Source: Marsupella aquatica (lineage: Eukaryota > Plantae > Marchantiophyta). From it: DNA of 64,000 bases. Where the stretch lies: assembly GCA_973895155.1 (NCBI GenBank), contig OZ316893.1, forward strand, positions 27,786,210 through 27,850,209. The letters are read 5' to 3'. Made by a program: the position numbers and the translations under genes. The notes under the pieces are model-generated. The model was not told the DNA's origin, searched no databases, and saw only the letters and a list, made by a program, of their open reading frames with translations. Shown in pieces: positions 38,125-50,949 of the stretch; positions within the stretch are counted from its first letter, which is position 1; each line of letters begins with the position of its first letter.

Positions 38125-40653
38125 CTATGGGTCTCTTACAAGAAGCTGCAATCGTTTCCTGGAGTTCAAGCACTTGGGAGGAAGAACAAGGGATTCAGTT
38201 GTACTGCTGTCCGACCGTGGAGGTGTTTCTCCTGCTTCAGTTTGAACAAGGCTCAACAGTCGCCTGAATGAAACACGAGACACAGACTCAGGAGTAAAGG
38301 GCAAGGTGCCAAGCTCAAGAGGTGTCAATAGGGTACTGGTCACCTTGCTAGCTAATTCACTCTCCTGCTTCTGTTTCTTCCTCACATGCAGTTCATTGGT
38401 CAATGTGGGATCCAACGCTGGCATTTCAGGAGAGTCATCCTCATGAGTACCCTGTTCATGCACAGAAATAGTGTGGTTCACATTGCACAACCGCACAGCT
38501 TGGACTTGGGCTTCTTCCTGCACACACAAATGAAGACATAATTTACTACATGGCCCAAAACCGGAACCTTAGAAACCAAATACCAATTGAAACATGACAG
38601 TGTGCCTCTACATACCAGAGCTTGCGTGGACTGCATTTGTTGCACAAGGTGACGACGTCTGCCCAAGCAGGCACTGTTTACCCCATATGTTCCCTTCATC
38701 TCTTGAATATAGCCACCTTCACCCGATGGCAACTTGTCCTGCCCTATGTTTGGAAGACCCTAACTTCGAACCCAATCTTCCAAAAAGGGTTTCCCACATG
38801 CAAAGCAACAGGGTGCTCTTGTTTTATCCCCCAACAATGTAAATAAACAATGTGGATGATACACGTGGCCACAACTTGCTGGAACCCAGTTGAAACAATG
38901 GTACCCGTGGCAACAAATTGGACAATTACTCACAAGCACTTCCGTTCCCACTATTGTAGTTGATGTGGGAACAAAGTGAGGTTGCAACACTGGACATGGA
39001 TTGGACAAAAGAGACTCCAAAATAACCAGTTCAGACTTTTGAGCTGCTGCAGACAACTCAAGGAGCTTCAGGTCTGCTTCCAACTGTGACTCCACAACTT
39101 TTAGACGAGCTACCTTCTCTGGTACCCGTTCAAAGCGCTTGTTGTTGGTATCTATGAGCTTGTCAAATGTTGCCATCCCCTTCAGAATAGATGATTCATT
39201 GTTCTTCAAAGCCTCCATGTCCTTGTTACCATCCTCCAACTTCTCCCGTAAGGTAACAATGTAGCTATCCTGCCCCCCAGAAGAGAAAACAACACATGGC
39301 AACATTATTTTGCAGTTCATCATGCATCAATGCCTCGTCCTGCCAAACCGAATCCAACCACCCAACAAAACATACATAGCCTACAGGTATTTTGAGCAAC
39401 ACAAGGACAGGCCTATGGTCTGACAAGCAGTATACCTCCTCGTCTTGCTCTCCCTTCAGCTCCTCGAGCTCCATTTCTGTTGACAAGTCATCATGTAGGG
39501 TGTCCCTTGCCTGCATTTTGCTTCTCACCTCACCCAACTCTTCCTCTAGTTTGTTACGTTGCTCTTGAATGACAGAGATGACTGCTGGATGGTCCCGTTT
39601 TGACCCCTCCAAGCTTTCCACAGTCTTCTGAACCGCACTGATGCGCTGACGAGTCTCTTTTAGACTACATTCAATCGTGACGATTTGCCCATCCAGAATG
39701 GACAGCAAAAGACTTCTTGGCAATGCAGGGAGAACAAGAGTCTCGGGCTTGGTAGGGAGAAGCTTTATCTGGGGGACACAAAGGGCCGCAGCTGCCAATG
39801 GTTTGGGATGTGGGCTCCCCTTGCTGCAAGAATCCACTATCCTTGGGTGAGCTTTGTCCCTCGCCGTTTGATTCTCGGTAGAAATCCGTGGGACGGGCTG
39901 TGGGAGATGCGTTGAAGGGTCATCCACAAGCCACTTCAAATTTTCTTCATCAAATTCTGCAGGCACTGGTGGTGAATATAGACGTAGCCTCCTTATGCAA
40001 GGAGGCCCGTCTGGCTTACCCTTACCATCTCGCTCCCATTGGGAAATTTTCCCCTTCAGCTTGGACACTGCATACACACACCAGTCCACCTTTCGCCTTT
40101 GGATCCTCTCTGCATAGGCCCCTTTGATGAAAGTGAATGTCAGAAAGCCATTCACTGGTGAGTCGTAACCATCCGCAACTTGGGATAGCTGCAAAACCTC
40201 CTCAATTGGAAGGCCGACACAAAGACTCAGCTTATACCCGTTACTGTCTTTCTCTCCAAACACCTCGGCCAATTGTTCCTTGGAAATGTCTTTGATCTTA
40301 TGAGGATTAATACCTTCATTTGGAAGACCAAATGTGGTGTGGAAATACTCTGCGTCCTTAACGTAATCTTCAGGATCCCATGACTCTACAGGCACCTCCA
40401 CCTTAGCCTTTCCTTTTAACACTTTGGTACTCTCAGATAGGGGAGCAGGAGAGTCAGTCGTAGCATGGTCCGTAGCTAGGGAAGCAGAAACTTTGGGTTT
40501 GCTAGTAGTTCGTGCTCTGCCGCTACGAGGGATAACAGGGTGTGGGACAACTATCTCCTTTTCTCCTAACTGAATGGTAGAAGTTGGAGGAGCTTCTGGC
40601 TTATTAGTTGACGCATCCATGACTGCATTCGAACAAAGTGTAGAAGGTATCAC
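38125..40653 (-). CDS. Multi-exon Sola2 cargo gene: low-complexity N-terminus, globular domain, coiled coil, RING-H2 finger
   Basis: ORF 39265..40653 (coiled coil LKETRQRISAV..ELEELK) and ORF 38760..39323 with C-x2-C-x11-C-x-H-x2-H-x2-C-x12-C-x2-C (CPIC..SCGHVYHPHC..CFAC). Donor GAG|GTATAC ~39435 and acceptor CAG|GAT ~39270. Downstream exons uncertain. Confidence 0.7.
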
Positions 40654-42028
40654 CGAGGAAAGCTAGTGTTCAATGGTGACAACTTCAACTACCATCGGGC
40701 GCACACCTACAATAATTACCTCAGGGCTGTTGCGGATTGAAAATGGATGTTCAATCACCAATGACTTGCAGGTAAAGTTTCCTCCACTGGCTCAATTCAG
40801 GCCAACGGCGTGCGCCCTGCATCCAATTTATACAAATGACGAGTCACTTTAAAAGGTTTGATTACTGAGAAGGCTTGTACTCAATCTGTGATTCATTGGT
40901 ATAGTTGTTTGAAAACTACAAACAGGGCGCTATGACCTATCGGAAGTCAGCTAAGGGAACCAAAACAAAGCTAGCCATTGTTTCAAGAGTTTCATGATTG
41001 CGCAAACCAAACCTAAGGCGACCAGTGGAAGCTTAAGACACAATCTGAAGAATAGATTTCTGATATAGCTGTTCAATCAAACTTAATCCAGAATTTGCAA
41101 ATGATGTTTAACATACCAAGCTATTGTACAGTTTGACTGTCGAAAAAGCTCCCCTCAATTTGAACTTCCTTCACTACCTTGCTTGTGTTGCCAACAAAGC
41201 TCCTTTCGAACCTCCTCCACTGACTGCCGATGTCTAGCTTCAAGCTATTTCACAATGAAAGCTCCCCTGTATTCTCAATGGTTTGAACGAGAGTCCTCTA
41301 AATCAATTGCGATCAATGTGACTCAATGCGTCCATGGAAGGTAGACCTCAGATTATCTTGCTAACCATCGTCGCTCTCCCTTCCTCACCCGATGTTGAAA
41401 CGTTCACTACTTTCTGATTTCGGCAACTATGGTTTTCAAGCTCGGTTTTCACCATCAAAAAGTTCGAGAAATTGTGGAATGCTGATAAAACTTGCCGCAT
41501 CCGCAAGTCCTTACCACTATTGTCATTGTCGCGGCTAGGATGGAAGGACTCGGAGTCCTTGTTTTCAAATAGTCCTTGACGACGCGGGACAATAGGACTT
41601 AATTATCGTCCACTTTCCAAAGTCAATTCATGCACGCTACTTCCCCGAGGACATTTATTAAACACTTGTCGCATGTAAGTACTTTATGACTTAAATTAGA
41701 GTTCTAGGCTACTAAATCTTAAAATGGTTATAATGGAATCATTTCTCAATCATTTAATTCTAGCCTTTGATCTGTGAATTTTCAATCTTGGCCATTGAGG
41801 GATATGTTGCACATTTAATGCAACATGGAAAGGACTTGAGTCCTTGTCTAGGAGAAAAAAGGACAAAAATGGTAGTCCTCAATCATGCAATCCACCTACT
41901 ATATTTACTAGCATGGCTTTGTTAGTTAGTGGAACTTATGGTCATTGTTACCACTAAATAGCCTTACCAAAGGCGACTTCTCGTACTTATATAGGGCATA
42001 TCCTATACATGGGTCCTTGATATGGAGG

Positions 42029-42465
42029 CTTGGGGGTCTTACTGCCATGGGAAAGGCACAACACATGGGACAAAGCATATGGTTATTTCAGTAAACCTAA
42101 GGGAAAGCCCAGAGAGGCATGACTTTGTGGTAGCTCACTTGAGTAGAGACTGATAGGTCTTGGGTTCAACTATTGTGGCTGACTCTTCCGTTTATGTGAG
42201 GTTTCACAAATTTCCCCTTTAAGAATAAAATAAAAATAAGGGAAAATGTTGTGATTTTTTGTCAACAAACAATTATTAGGGTCTTTTAATCCAATTTTGG
42301 GACTTATAAGATAAGATAGGGCTTTGCGAGGGGCTTTGTAGACCAAATTTTGGAAAATGTTCAAGAATATTCCAGACTAATAGGGGGAAATTTAATTTTG
42401 TTCTATACGTTTAAGGTCTACAAGCCTTCAAAAAGTATCATGCAATGGGGGAGCCTCCATGTACT
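42029..42465. mobile_element. Degenerate relative of the 5497/46664 MITE
   Basis: Starts CTTGGGGGTCTTACT; the internal TAGGGTCTTTTAATCCAATTTTGGGACTTATAAGA matches 5599-5634. Confidence 0.55.
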
Positions 42466-45400
42466 AATATTTCCTAAGTATAGGGATGGTATATCCAGCC
42501 TACCATCTAAACTAATTTTGTATAGGGCCAAATATATCCAGCCTACCATCCCTATACTTAGGAAATATAGGGCTAAATAGTTCGTAGATACTTTACCTAC
42601 TTATTTTTAAGCAAGTGTACAGTCACTGAAAATTGCTTCTAGAGAATACATTTGGTGGACTAATGTACATAATTGTAGGATAATTATGTTACAATAAAAA
42701 ATGAAAAAAATAGTCAGACAGGTCATGAGAAAGGGTTGCAGGGACAAGGGGGCCCATTAAGTATATTTGAAAAGTGAGGGGCTCGTCAGGAATCTCTTTA
42801 CCTAGAGGGGCCATCAAGTATTTTGCCAAAGTTTTCCACAGACCATATTTTGTGAACTTGTATAATTTTGCATCAATAACATTCAACATTGATTGGTAAC
42901 TTCACAGGTAAGTTCATTCATTATGAGTTATTGTCACTAATATACTATATGAACGGTCATCAATAAATTGCTATAAAATTAAATCATAGTATCATTCGAA
43001 ATGTCTTCAAATATAAGGTTGGTTTTGTTTTAGATTTCTAATGAAAAATGCAAACACACATATATATAGTTTTCTTAAATTTCATAACATGAAAACACTT
43101 ACAAAATCAGTTTTTTAATAAACTTCCCGAAATCAGCGAAGGCTGACGGTTGCAAAAAATCAATTTTGGTCATTCAAACACATGAGTTTGATTCATTTTC
43201 TGATTGGGTTGTTGAAAGGACCCCGGAAAGGATGCGACTGTTCACTCAGCCATATTGAAGGCAACTTGCCATGGTTGTTAACATTGAACATAAGTCACAG
43301 TTCTGATGGTTCATTTTGTAAGTAAACATCTAGATGAGGTGGCCAGATTTGAAACACATATATCATGAATTAATAATAAGTGAGTCTCTTTAATGACCAA
43401 TTTTGTGAGGTCCAAAATAAGATGTTTCAATTGAAACAATTGTTGTTTATGGATGATATACTGGTCCGGGTAAAATCACTAGTTGCACAGCTAAGTAAAG
43501 AAATTTTAGATTGTTGTTTCAACTTCTTGAGTAAATGAAGCAACATCAGTTTGTTAATCCCTACAATGTCTTCCATGAATTTGTTGATGATAGGTGACAA
43601 GTGCACCATGTTCACAGGCCTAAACCTATTGACAATGAGGATGGCATGATATGATCAATTTGCTATCTAATGTGAAGCCTCTATTTTCTACAAAGTAACC
43701 TCAACCTGGGATAGAGCCTTTACAAAATTGTGAGTGAATTAAGAATAGTTCTAACAGTGCTCTTATTTCATTTGTGAGATTGAGCAGTGGAACTATATGT
43801 AGAATGATTTAACATGCAGCACTAGGTATTGACGAGTTGATTAGTCATAGTGTTAAGTACAAAATCACAGTTGCTAATGAGGTGCCTTAGGGATGCCATT
43901 TCTAATAGATGTCTTTTGTTTTCTTTTCAATTCTACTTGATGTCCACATTTTCCTCTTGCTGCTGTAACACCATGATTATGAGTGTTATTAGAGTATATT
44001 GTGTTCAGGATTGTGTTGTATGGATTTATGGTTTTCATATGTACAGTGCTATATGAGCCAATAGGGTTCAATTTACATTTGGGAGGATAGTTATCCCTTG
44101 TGACTCAAAGGCCTCATCTTTTGATGTTGAGCCTTTGAGCACGAGCTCTGGTGACTATGGTGTGGCCGACCAGGTTATGTGTAACTATGCAATGTGGATT
44201 CCTTGAAGCGCAAGGTGCATTCTCGGGTGCATTGGCTTGACATTTGTGTGTGATTGGATTGGACATGGTCGGTTGTGTATTGTTGGCGTCAATTGCGGTT
44301 CGAATCTTCAACATTATTGTGGGTATTGGACATGTGTGGACATGAGTTCCATTTGTAGTTCATTCTCTTATTTGTGTTTGTGAGTATGTTTGGATGATTG
44401 TTTGTGACTCGCGATGTATGTTGTGTAACGATCTATATGCGCACGACACAGCCCCCATCATACCTCGTGTTTTCCCTCATCCTATTTTTCTCCCCAATAA
44501 ATGGTCCTTTTCTACATTGTTGTCCCTAAGTTTTTGAATGATAGCATCCTTGTCTTTCATGACTATATATTCCCTCTAATTTGCCCAAATGAATGTTATT
44601 GTTGAAAGTGGTAGCACCATTGCAAGGGGCAATGAAATTAAAGAAGACATGGTTTTAAATCAAAATTTTATACTCCCAACATTTTGAAATTAGATTGATA
44701 GAAACAACAAACTAGCTACTTAGACACCCTTATCTCACTTTTTAATCTATAAATTAGTTACTCACCATATATGAAGTAGTCTGCAATGAGAGCCTTTGTT
44801 TTGCAGCCACTGTCTACTAAAATAATACCCTATCCTGCCAGAAATTCCTGAGAGCAGCAAGGGCTGTCCATTCCAAAAATTCACTTTTGGTCAATCAAAT
44901 GACTTATAATATTCTTAAATTTGTGATTAATTAGATGAAAAGCCTTTCTCAAGAGACACGGCTGTTCATTAACTTTATAAATAAAGAACATATTAATTAT
45001 TTAATTCAATTATTATGTCTATTTCATTTCAATCTATAAATCAACTATTTACCATAAAATAGTCTCCAATGAGGTGTTAGGGTTTTGACTCAATCTTGGC
45101 TAGGTTAACTAGAGTAAGTTAACCAAAGTTAACATTAGTTGACTAGACTCTTGATGAAGGGATAACCCTCTTTGTATCCCATGGAGAGAGAACACTTAGT
45201 AGAGAACTTTGTGTGTGTGTGAGAGAGACAGAGAGAGAGAGAGCTTGGACCATGGAGTTATGGTGATATGGACTTTTCATGTTCATAGTGAAGCTCTTGG
45301 TGCAGCCGTGGATGTAGCCCTGACGTATCTTTGTGTCGGTGTACTTGAGTGCTGAATGAATGATAATTATCAGATGTCATGTTGTCCATTTTGATCCTAC

Positions 45401-45594
45401 ATGAGAACCTTTTTTCACAGCCACTACTAAATTGGTCTTTCATGCATGTTCAAACTCAAAAAACCACTACTAAAATGGTCTTTCATCCATGTTCAAACTC
45501 AAGAAAAAACAGGAACCAATCCTAGCCTTTCATTAAAAGAGTTTTTTTTGCCATCTCAATTGCCTATGCCTAAGGTGCATGTATTTTGCCCAAA

Positions 45595-45987
45595 TCTAAC
45601 CAAGATTTAATAATTAATTGAAATTTAATTATTAAACTTCAAATTATTTAATAAAAAATAAATTTTAAAAAATATTTCTCAAAAAATTGAAAACAAAAAC
45701 AACATTAATATTTTTCCTATCACTCGATTGAACTTGGACTCTATGATGCGTTGGCTGTTATCTTGCATCTCCAATGTTTATGTGCAACGCATGGGTTATT
45801 GAACACCACCTCAACAACTTTACTTTGCCTTGACATTTTTTTCTCATCTCACCATTTTTTCTTACCTTGACATCTCCTTCTCTCATCTACATCTTTTTTC
45901 ATCTGGACTTATTTCAACACCTTTTTTTAACCTTGACATATTTTCTCACCTGAACATCTTTTGTGCAACCCACAAACATTGGGCTAG
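45595..45987 (+). mobile_element. Short non-autonomous Helitron-like element
   Basis: 3' end TGTGCAACCCACA hairpin followed by CTAG|T (45984-45988); 45715-45820 is homologous to 54128-54240. The 5' A|TC boundary is approximate. Confidence 0.55.
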
Positions 45988-46616
45988 TAGTGTATAATAG
46001 TAATTACCATCACCTGCCAAATAGAACTGTACATCTCATATCCTTCTAAACACAATTTTTTAAGCCCTTATTCTACAAGAGTTGGCAATCTTTGTCTCAT
46101 TCAACATTAGTGTGACCACTTCAACAAGACACGACAAAATTGGATTGGAACCTAGACTACAATATTTTAATCTCAAAGAATAAAAGATCATAGTAGGCTC
46201 AGATGGTGAAAATGATCTTGAGATTCTTTACTGCCTAGCTGGGAAGCAATATTGTAATAGTATGAAAGTTTTTGTTTTAAGTACAACTCTTGAGCAAATA
46301 TAATTTTAGTGTTTTTGCATAATCATACTTAGCACAATAGGACCATTGTCAATAATTATTTAATATTTTGCAACCTGTCCCAACAAATATGTGATGGACC
46401 ACATTACCAGTTACACAAGTAGCATTCTAGAGCAATGCTTCTTGTTCTCTCATTCTCGCAAAGCCAAATTAAAACAAAGTATATTCAGGCATCTCTCACT
46501 CTTCCACAGGTTCTTGAATCGAGAGGGACAAGTTTACTAGAGATGAAGCTCGCTTGACATAACAGACTAATTTTTAGTCATTTAAGAAAGTAAACAGTCA
46601 CTTGCCTTATCAGAAG

Positions 46617-47723
46617 GAGGTATATGCTTAATCGACCCCCTCTGGACTGTTTCTTACTTAATCCTTGGGGCTTTCACTTCCACAAAAATGGTACATCATG
46701 TGCGACAAAGGATAGGGTCATTTTATTGGTTCTAAGGGAAGACCTAAGAATTTTTGCAAAAGAACAATAGGGTCTTTTAAATTCACTTTTGAGACTTATA
46801 AGAACATTGGGGTCTTTTTAATAAAAAATATTCCAACTTTATAGGGGTTAAAAAATAACTTATTTTTTCTTACATTTTAGGGGTCCGAGGCCTAAAAACA
46901 TCGCAGGTGATGGGAAGGTCTCCATATAGTGAGACCCCAGAGACTTAATCAATCCCCTATGTTCAGATCTGCCCCAATTGACCTCCTCTGACAATTTGTT
47001 AGAGATAGTTCTGACTTGGGAAAATCACTATATAGGGAGACTTTACCACGGTGAACTCTAATTTTCTATCATATGAGCCCGTGGTCTTGCCCCCCAGGTC
47101 TCGCATGTGGTATGCCGCAATTGTGTTGAGATAAGAGTTGGCCCACAATCCACGCGTGATAAGATCTAATGACACCAGATGCAGTTGTGGTACTTTTGTG
47201 TTTGAAGACAAAACTAGTATGGTCTTCAAACATTTAGGGGTTAGTCTCTAGCAGGGTCTCCATTTGTCTGAAGTTTAGAGGTAATAAAACTGGGCTACTC
47301 CATAACGTTCCTATATAGTTGGGTTGTTGAGAATCTTTATCGGTGCATTCCACTAGAGACAAATCTATGTTTGGATCTCCCTCACAAACAAATGCTTTGG
47401 TGGATTTCTTTGACACTGATTTGCTAAATCGGCACACTTGTGTTGATAAATTATTAAATGTTCTCCAAATGCTTCCAATCTTTATACCGCAAGACCATTA
47501 TGACAGCCAAGAATCCAAACACTTGTAAAATTCTCCAAAATCCTTGAAGTGTTTGGACCAATTCAAGTTATGTGAGGGCAATTCAATAATGAACACCAGA
47601 AACTATCAAAGGGGGTCGATTGGGTTACAAACAGACTTTGGGGGGTCGATTTGGACAGATCTGAACATAGAGGGTAGATTAAGTAGGAGACAGTCTAGAG
47701 AGGGTTGATTAAGCATATACCTC
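46617..47723. mobile_element. Non-autonomous Mutator-like element (~85-bp TIRs) with a MITE nested in its left TIR
   Basis: GAGGTATATGCTTAATC..TATGTTCAGATCTG is the inverse of 47640-47723; candidate 9-bp TSD tatcagaag / tatcactag. Confidence 0.75.
46664..46942. mobile_element. MITE, 279 bp, same family as 5497-5773
   Basis: Perfect 8-bp TSD ACTTAATC (46656-46663 / 46943-46950); removal restores the host TIR. Confidence 0.9.
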
Positions 47724-48393
47724 TATCACTAGTGGAGTTGTGTGCTCCAAAAAAACTCTTCCAAGTTCAGCAACCTATATTTGTACAGTGCACATGCATA
47801 AAAAGTGTTCACTTGGGCTGTCACGACTGACTCACATGAACGAAAGAAGTAGTACGTTGTACACCACTCATTTAAAATATGTACTGGGTGAGAATAAAGA
47901 TGGGGTCATCATGGCTTTTCTCTGATTTTACAAGTATGTCGCTCTCATTAATTGAACCTTATAAGCAATCCCCCTCTTTCTCTGACTTCCATGGTCCTCT
48001 ATGGACATAACCGTTGTCCCTGCTGGTAATCACACATCAAAATGTGGCTGCATTCATTGATTGAAAGAAAAAAACTAGGGTTATCACGGTATGCAGGGGT
48101 GTCGTACATCATATATGTCATACAACCGTTGTCAGGAGGGAGTCAATCGACTTTCATTCCCTGTTTCTCAACTTTTGATGATCGGCTACAGAGGACTCTG
48201 GATTTATCACCTTGCACATCCACACAGATTTGCACGTCCACACTGCCACCCCCCATTATGGCAGGTCACAGATTAGGTCTTACCAACGCCATCCCTCACC
48301 ATGCTCCTCTGGTCTTGTGTGGTTGCTTGCACGGGTGAGGCTGTCCACACATGGACGGCCGTGCATGCAAAACAACAACACTTCTGCAACAAC

Positions 48394-48497
48394 AACATGG
48401 CTGCAACGATCACTTGCCAGAGCAACAACAATTTCGCAACCATGGCACAGATGCCAACATGGCTGCAAGGATCACTTGCCAGAGCAACAACAATTTC
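48394..48497. repeat. 60-bp-period tandem duplication
   Basis: AACATGGCTGCAA(C/G)GATCACTTGCCAGAGCAACAACAATTTC occurs twice. Confidence 0.8.
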
Positions 48498-50788
48498 CGT
48501 ACTGGTAGGACATGACAGTAATGACAATTTGCAATGCACAGGCATGGATACTACATATCTAGTTAAAATTTCATGAGCAAAAGTTGCACTCTGGAGTGTA
48601 TTGGCTAGAGTGAAGACCCAAGACCATGACTCTACTGTGGCTGCAAATTTAATGGTGAGTGAGCAGATGGGGAAAGCAACAGTGGATCTGAGCTAAGCTT
48701 GGGCAGTCAAGCTAGTGAAATATAAAGGCTACGTACATCCTATGTGGGCAGGGAAGTTTTGGAAGAGCACCAAATGTTTTTTTAAGCTTGCTTAGCTCCT
48801 TTCAAAATTTAGCAGTTATATTCTACGTCTATGCTTGTAGGGCGCTAATCATGATCAATGACTACAGTAATGCCACTGTAGGACGGCAGTAGGACGGTTG
48901 TAGTGTCAACTTACGTTTTACCAATTAACTTCCTTGGTCAAGAGAGTTCTTTGTAGGACGCGTTGGTCTCTTTTGTTCGGGCACAAGAATGGGCGTTTCG
49001 TCCTCTAGTTTGCTTCAAAGTCCATACCATCGGCTTGAAGAGATGGTAAGTTACCCAAGCTGCCTCAATTTTATTTGAGGGAACAAAAATAAACAGCCAC
49101 CAAAACAAGGATATCTCCCCATTCTCGCGATGCACTTGAACAACAGCTACCTGAAGAACGAAAGGTCACTCCTGCAAATCTGCAATCCTTGGATAGATTG
49201 GAAAACTACAGACAGCTGTATGTACGAGCAAGAAATAGTCAGAAGATACTGGAGAGCCAGTGCAATAACGTCCAACAGTTGGTTATTGATTTGAGCAATA
49301 AGCATTCAGTAACCTTCAGCACTTTTATCGCAGGTGAGTGATAAGAGTGGGAAGGTTAGATATAACAGTTGACAGGAGGGAGATAGCGTTTAGTGTCTTG
49401 GAGAAAATTGGAGGTTTTCAGTAAGCTGGGAAGTCAGAAATAATTAGCTAATCATTTCAATTGAACATGCCCCAGGTCTGGTCGTATGGACTATTTGACA
49501 TGGCGCAAGACATTGCAACTACGTGGTAGTTTCTCTTTGTCACGGAGCAAAAGGTTCTCTAAATATTTCACCGACCATAATGATCTTGAGGTTAAGAATG
49601 CTCCGTGAGGTAATTGATTCGACATCTGTCTTGGGAGGACAAGTAGCACCTTGTGGCATGCCCATTAGAGGCACCGAAAAACAAACATAATTTTGCATTC
49701 TTTTCTGAATTTTAAAACTACATTCATTAATTCTGCGAAACCTTCACGAGGATTAACGGAAACAAACAATACCGCAGCCAGGAAATAATGGAGGACAAAG
49801 ACTTCACCACCTAAAAGCCCCCTAAATAAATTAGTACATAGAAACTTACGGAATCATTCTGCATTCTTACGTGCAGCAACTTTTGTTTCCTCGAAGAATT
49901 CCAAAGAATTCCAATTCCTTGAAATCAGCCTACAGTGCAGCAGGGGAGTCCACGGTGAGCCAGGAAGGGGAAACATACAGCAACTTGTTGAAAGGCCTAA
50001 CGACATTTCAGCAACCGAAGGCAAAACTGGAAAGCGGTCCAAGCAAAGGCAATTTAATAATGTACGGTATTCTTCATCCTTATATCTAGCTCCGAAAGAA
50101 AGAAAGAAAGAAACGTCGTTTATTTCGTGCACTCCCAAAATTGCCACAACACATTTACTCACAGAGAGGCAGAGTAGTGCGGTGAGAAATGAATGCGAAT
50201 CTGAACAAAATTCTCGCTGAGTCCTACGTCTCCCTAGAAGTGGATTTAGGTTGTGGTTTCCACAGCACTTGTCTCTTACATGTAGCTCACAAATAGCCCC
50301 AAATAGCCCAGCAAATTATAGCTCGACAAGTTCTTTGGCATCTGATATTGCCCTGGTCGGTGACCACGAATGCGAATTTCACACTCTAAAATTTCTTTAG
50401 AAAACAAACCATGTCTCCGAAAGAGGAAACAAGAAGGCGGTGACGGGGTCTGTGATGCCCGTCCAATCTGTTTAATCAGCGGAGTGCTTTCGATGTGACC
50501 GTACTGCTGCTCACAACTATCGAGTTACCCTAAAGTTTCACTGTGTCATCCATTATCTTAGGTCTACGATCACTTCCGTGCGATTTCAGTTATTGCTCCA
50601 GAAGAAATTGGAGATGGGTTTGTGGTTGAGCTTTGTAATTGACAAAGGACCAAAGCAATTAATATTTGTAAGGAGCTGAATTCAGGAGTTTTCGGCGACT
50701 TAGGGGGCCCGATTCCGATGTTACTGAGCTGTCGTCATGCTGATAGAACAATGTCGTAAGAGCAGGCTTTCTAGAACTTACGATTGCA

Positions 50789-50796
50789 TATAAATA
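50789..50796 (+). promoter_or_regulatory. Candidate TATA box for the hairpin cluster
   Basis: TATAAATA ~30 bp upstream of an Inr-like TCATTC (~50822) and ~160 bp upstream of hairpin 1. Confidence 0.4.
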
Positions 50797-50949
50797 TTGC
50801 CTCACTCCACCTTTGTTCGCATCATTCATTTCCCCATGTTTCAGGTATCAACGTCTTATCAATTCGCATGGTGTGTTCACCTCTACTTCTTATTTTGTTT
50901 TAAAAGCAGTAGAACTCGCCGCGTAGAAGTTGTCGCAATTTATGAGCTC

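Larger units (their letters stand above)
29679..41896 (+). mobile_element. Complete Sola2-like DNA transposon, 12,218 bp
   Basis: Perfect 26-bp TIRs GGTGGATTGCATGATTGAGGACTACC (29679-29704 / 41871-41896), 4-bp TSD TACT (29675-29678 / 41897-41900), and an internal Sola2-type transposase. Confidence 0.9.

Noticed and set aside
45421-45505. CACTACTAAA motifs as the missing CACTA end
   Set aside because: Wrong orientation, no subterminal repeats; just a ~42-bp tandem duplication.
45984-45992. TAGTAGTG as the right TIR of the CACTA starting at 6651
   Set aside because: The 3-bp flanks differ (ATA vs TAT) and it overlaps the Helitron-like CTAG end.
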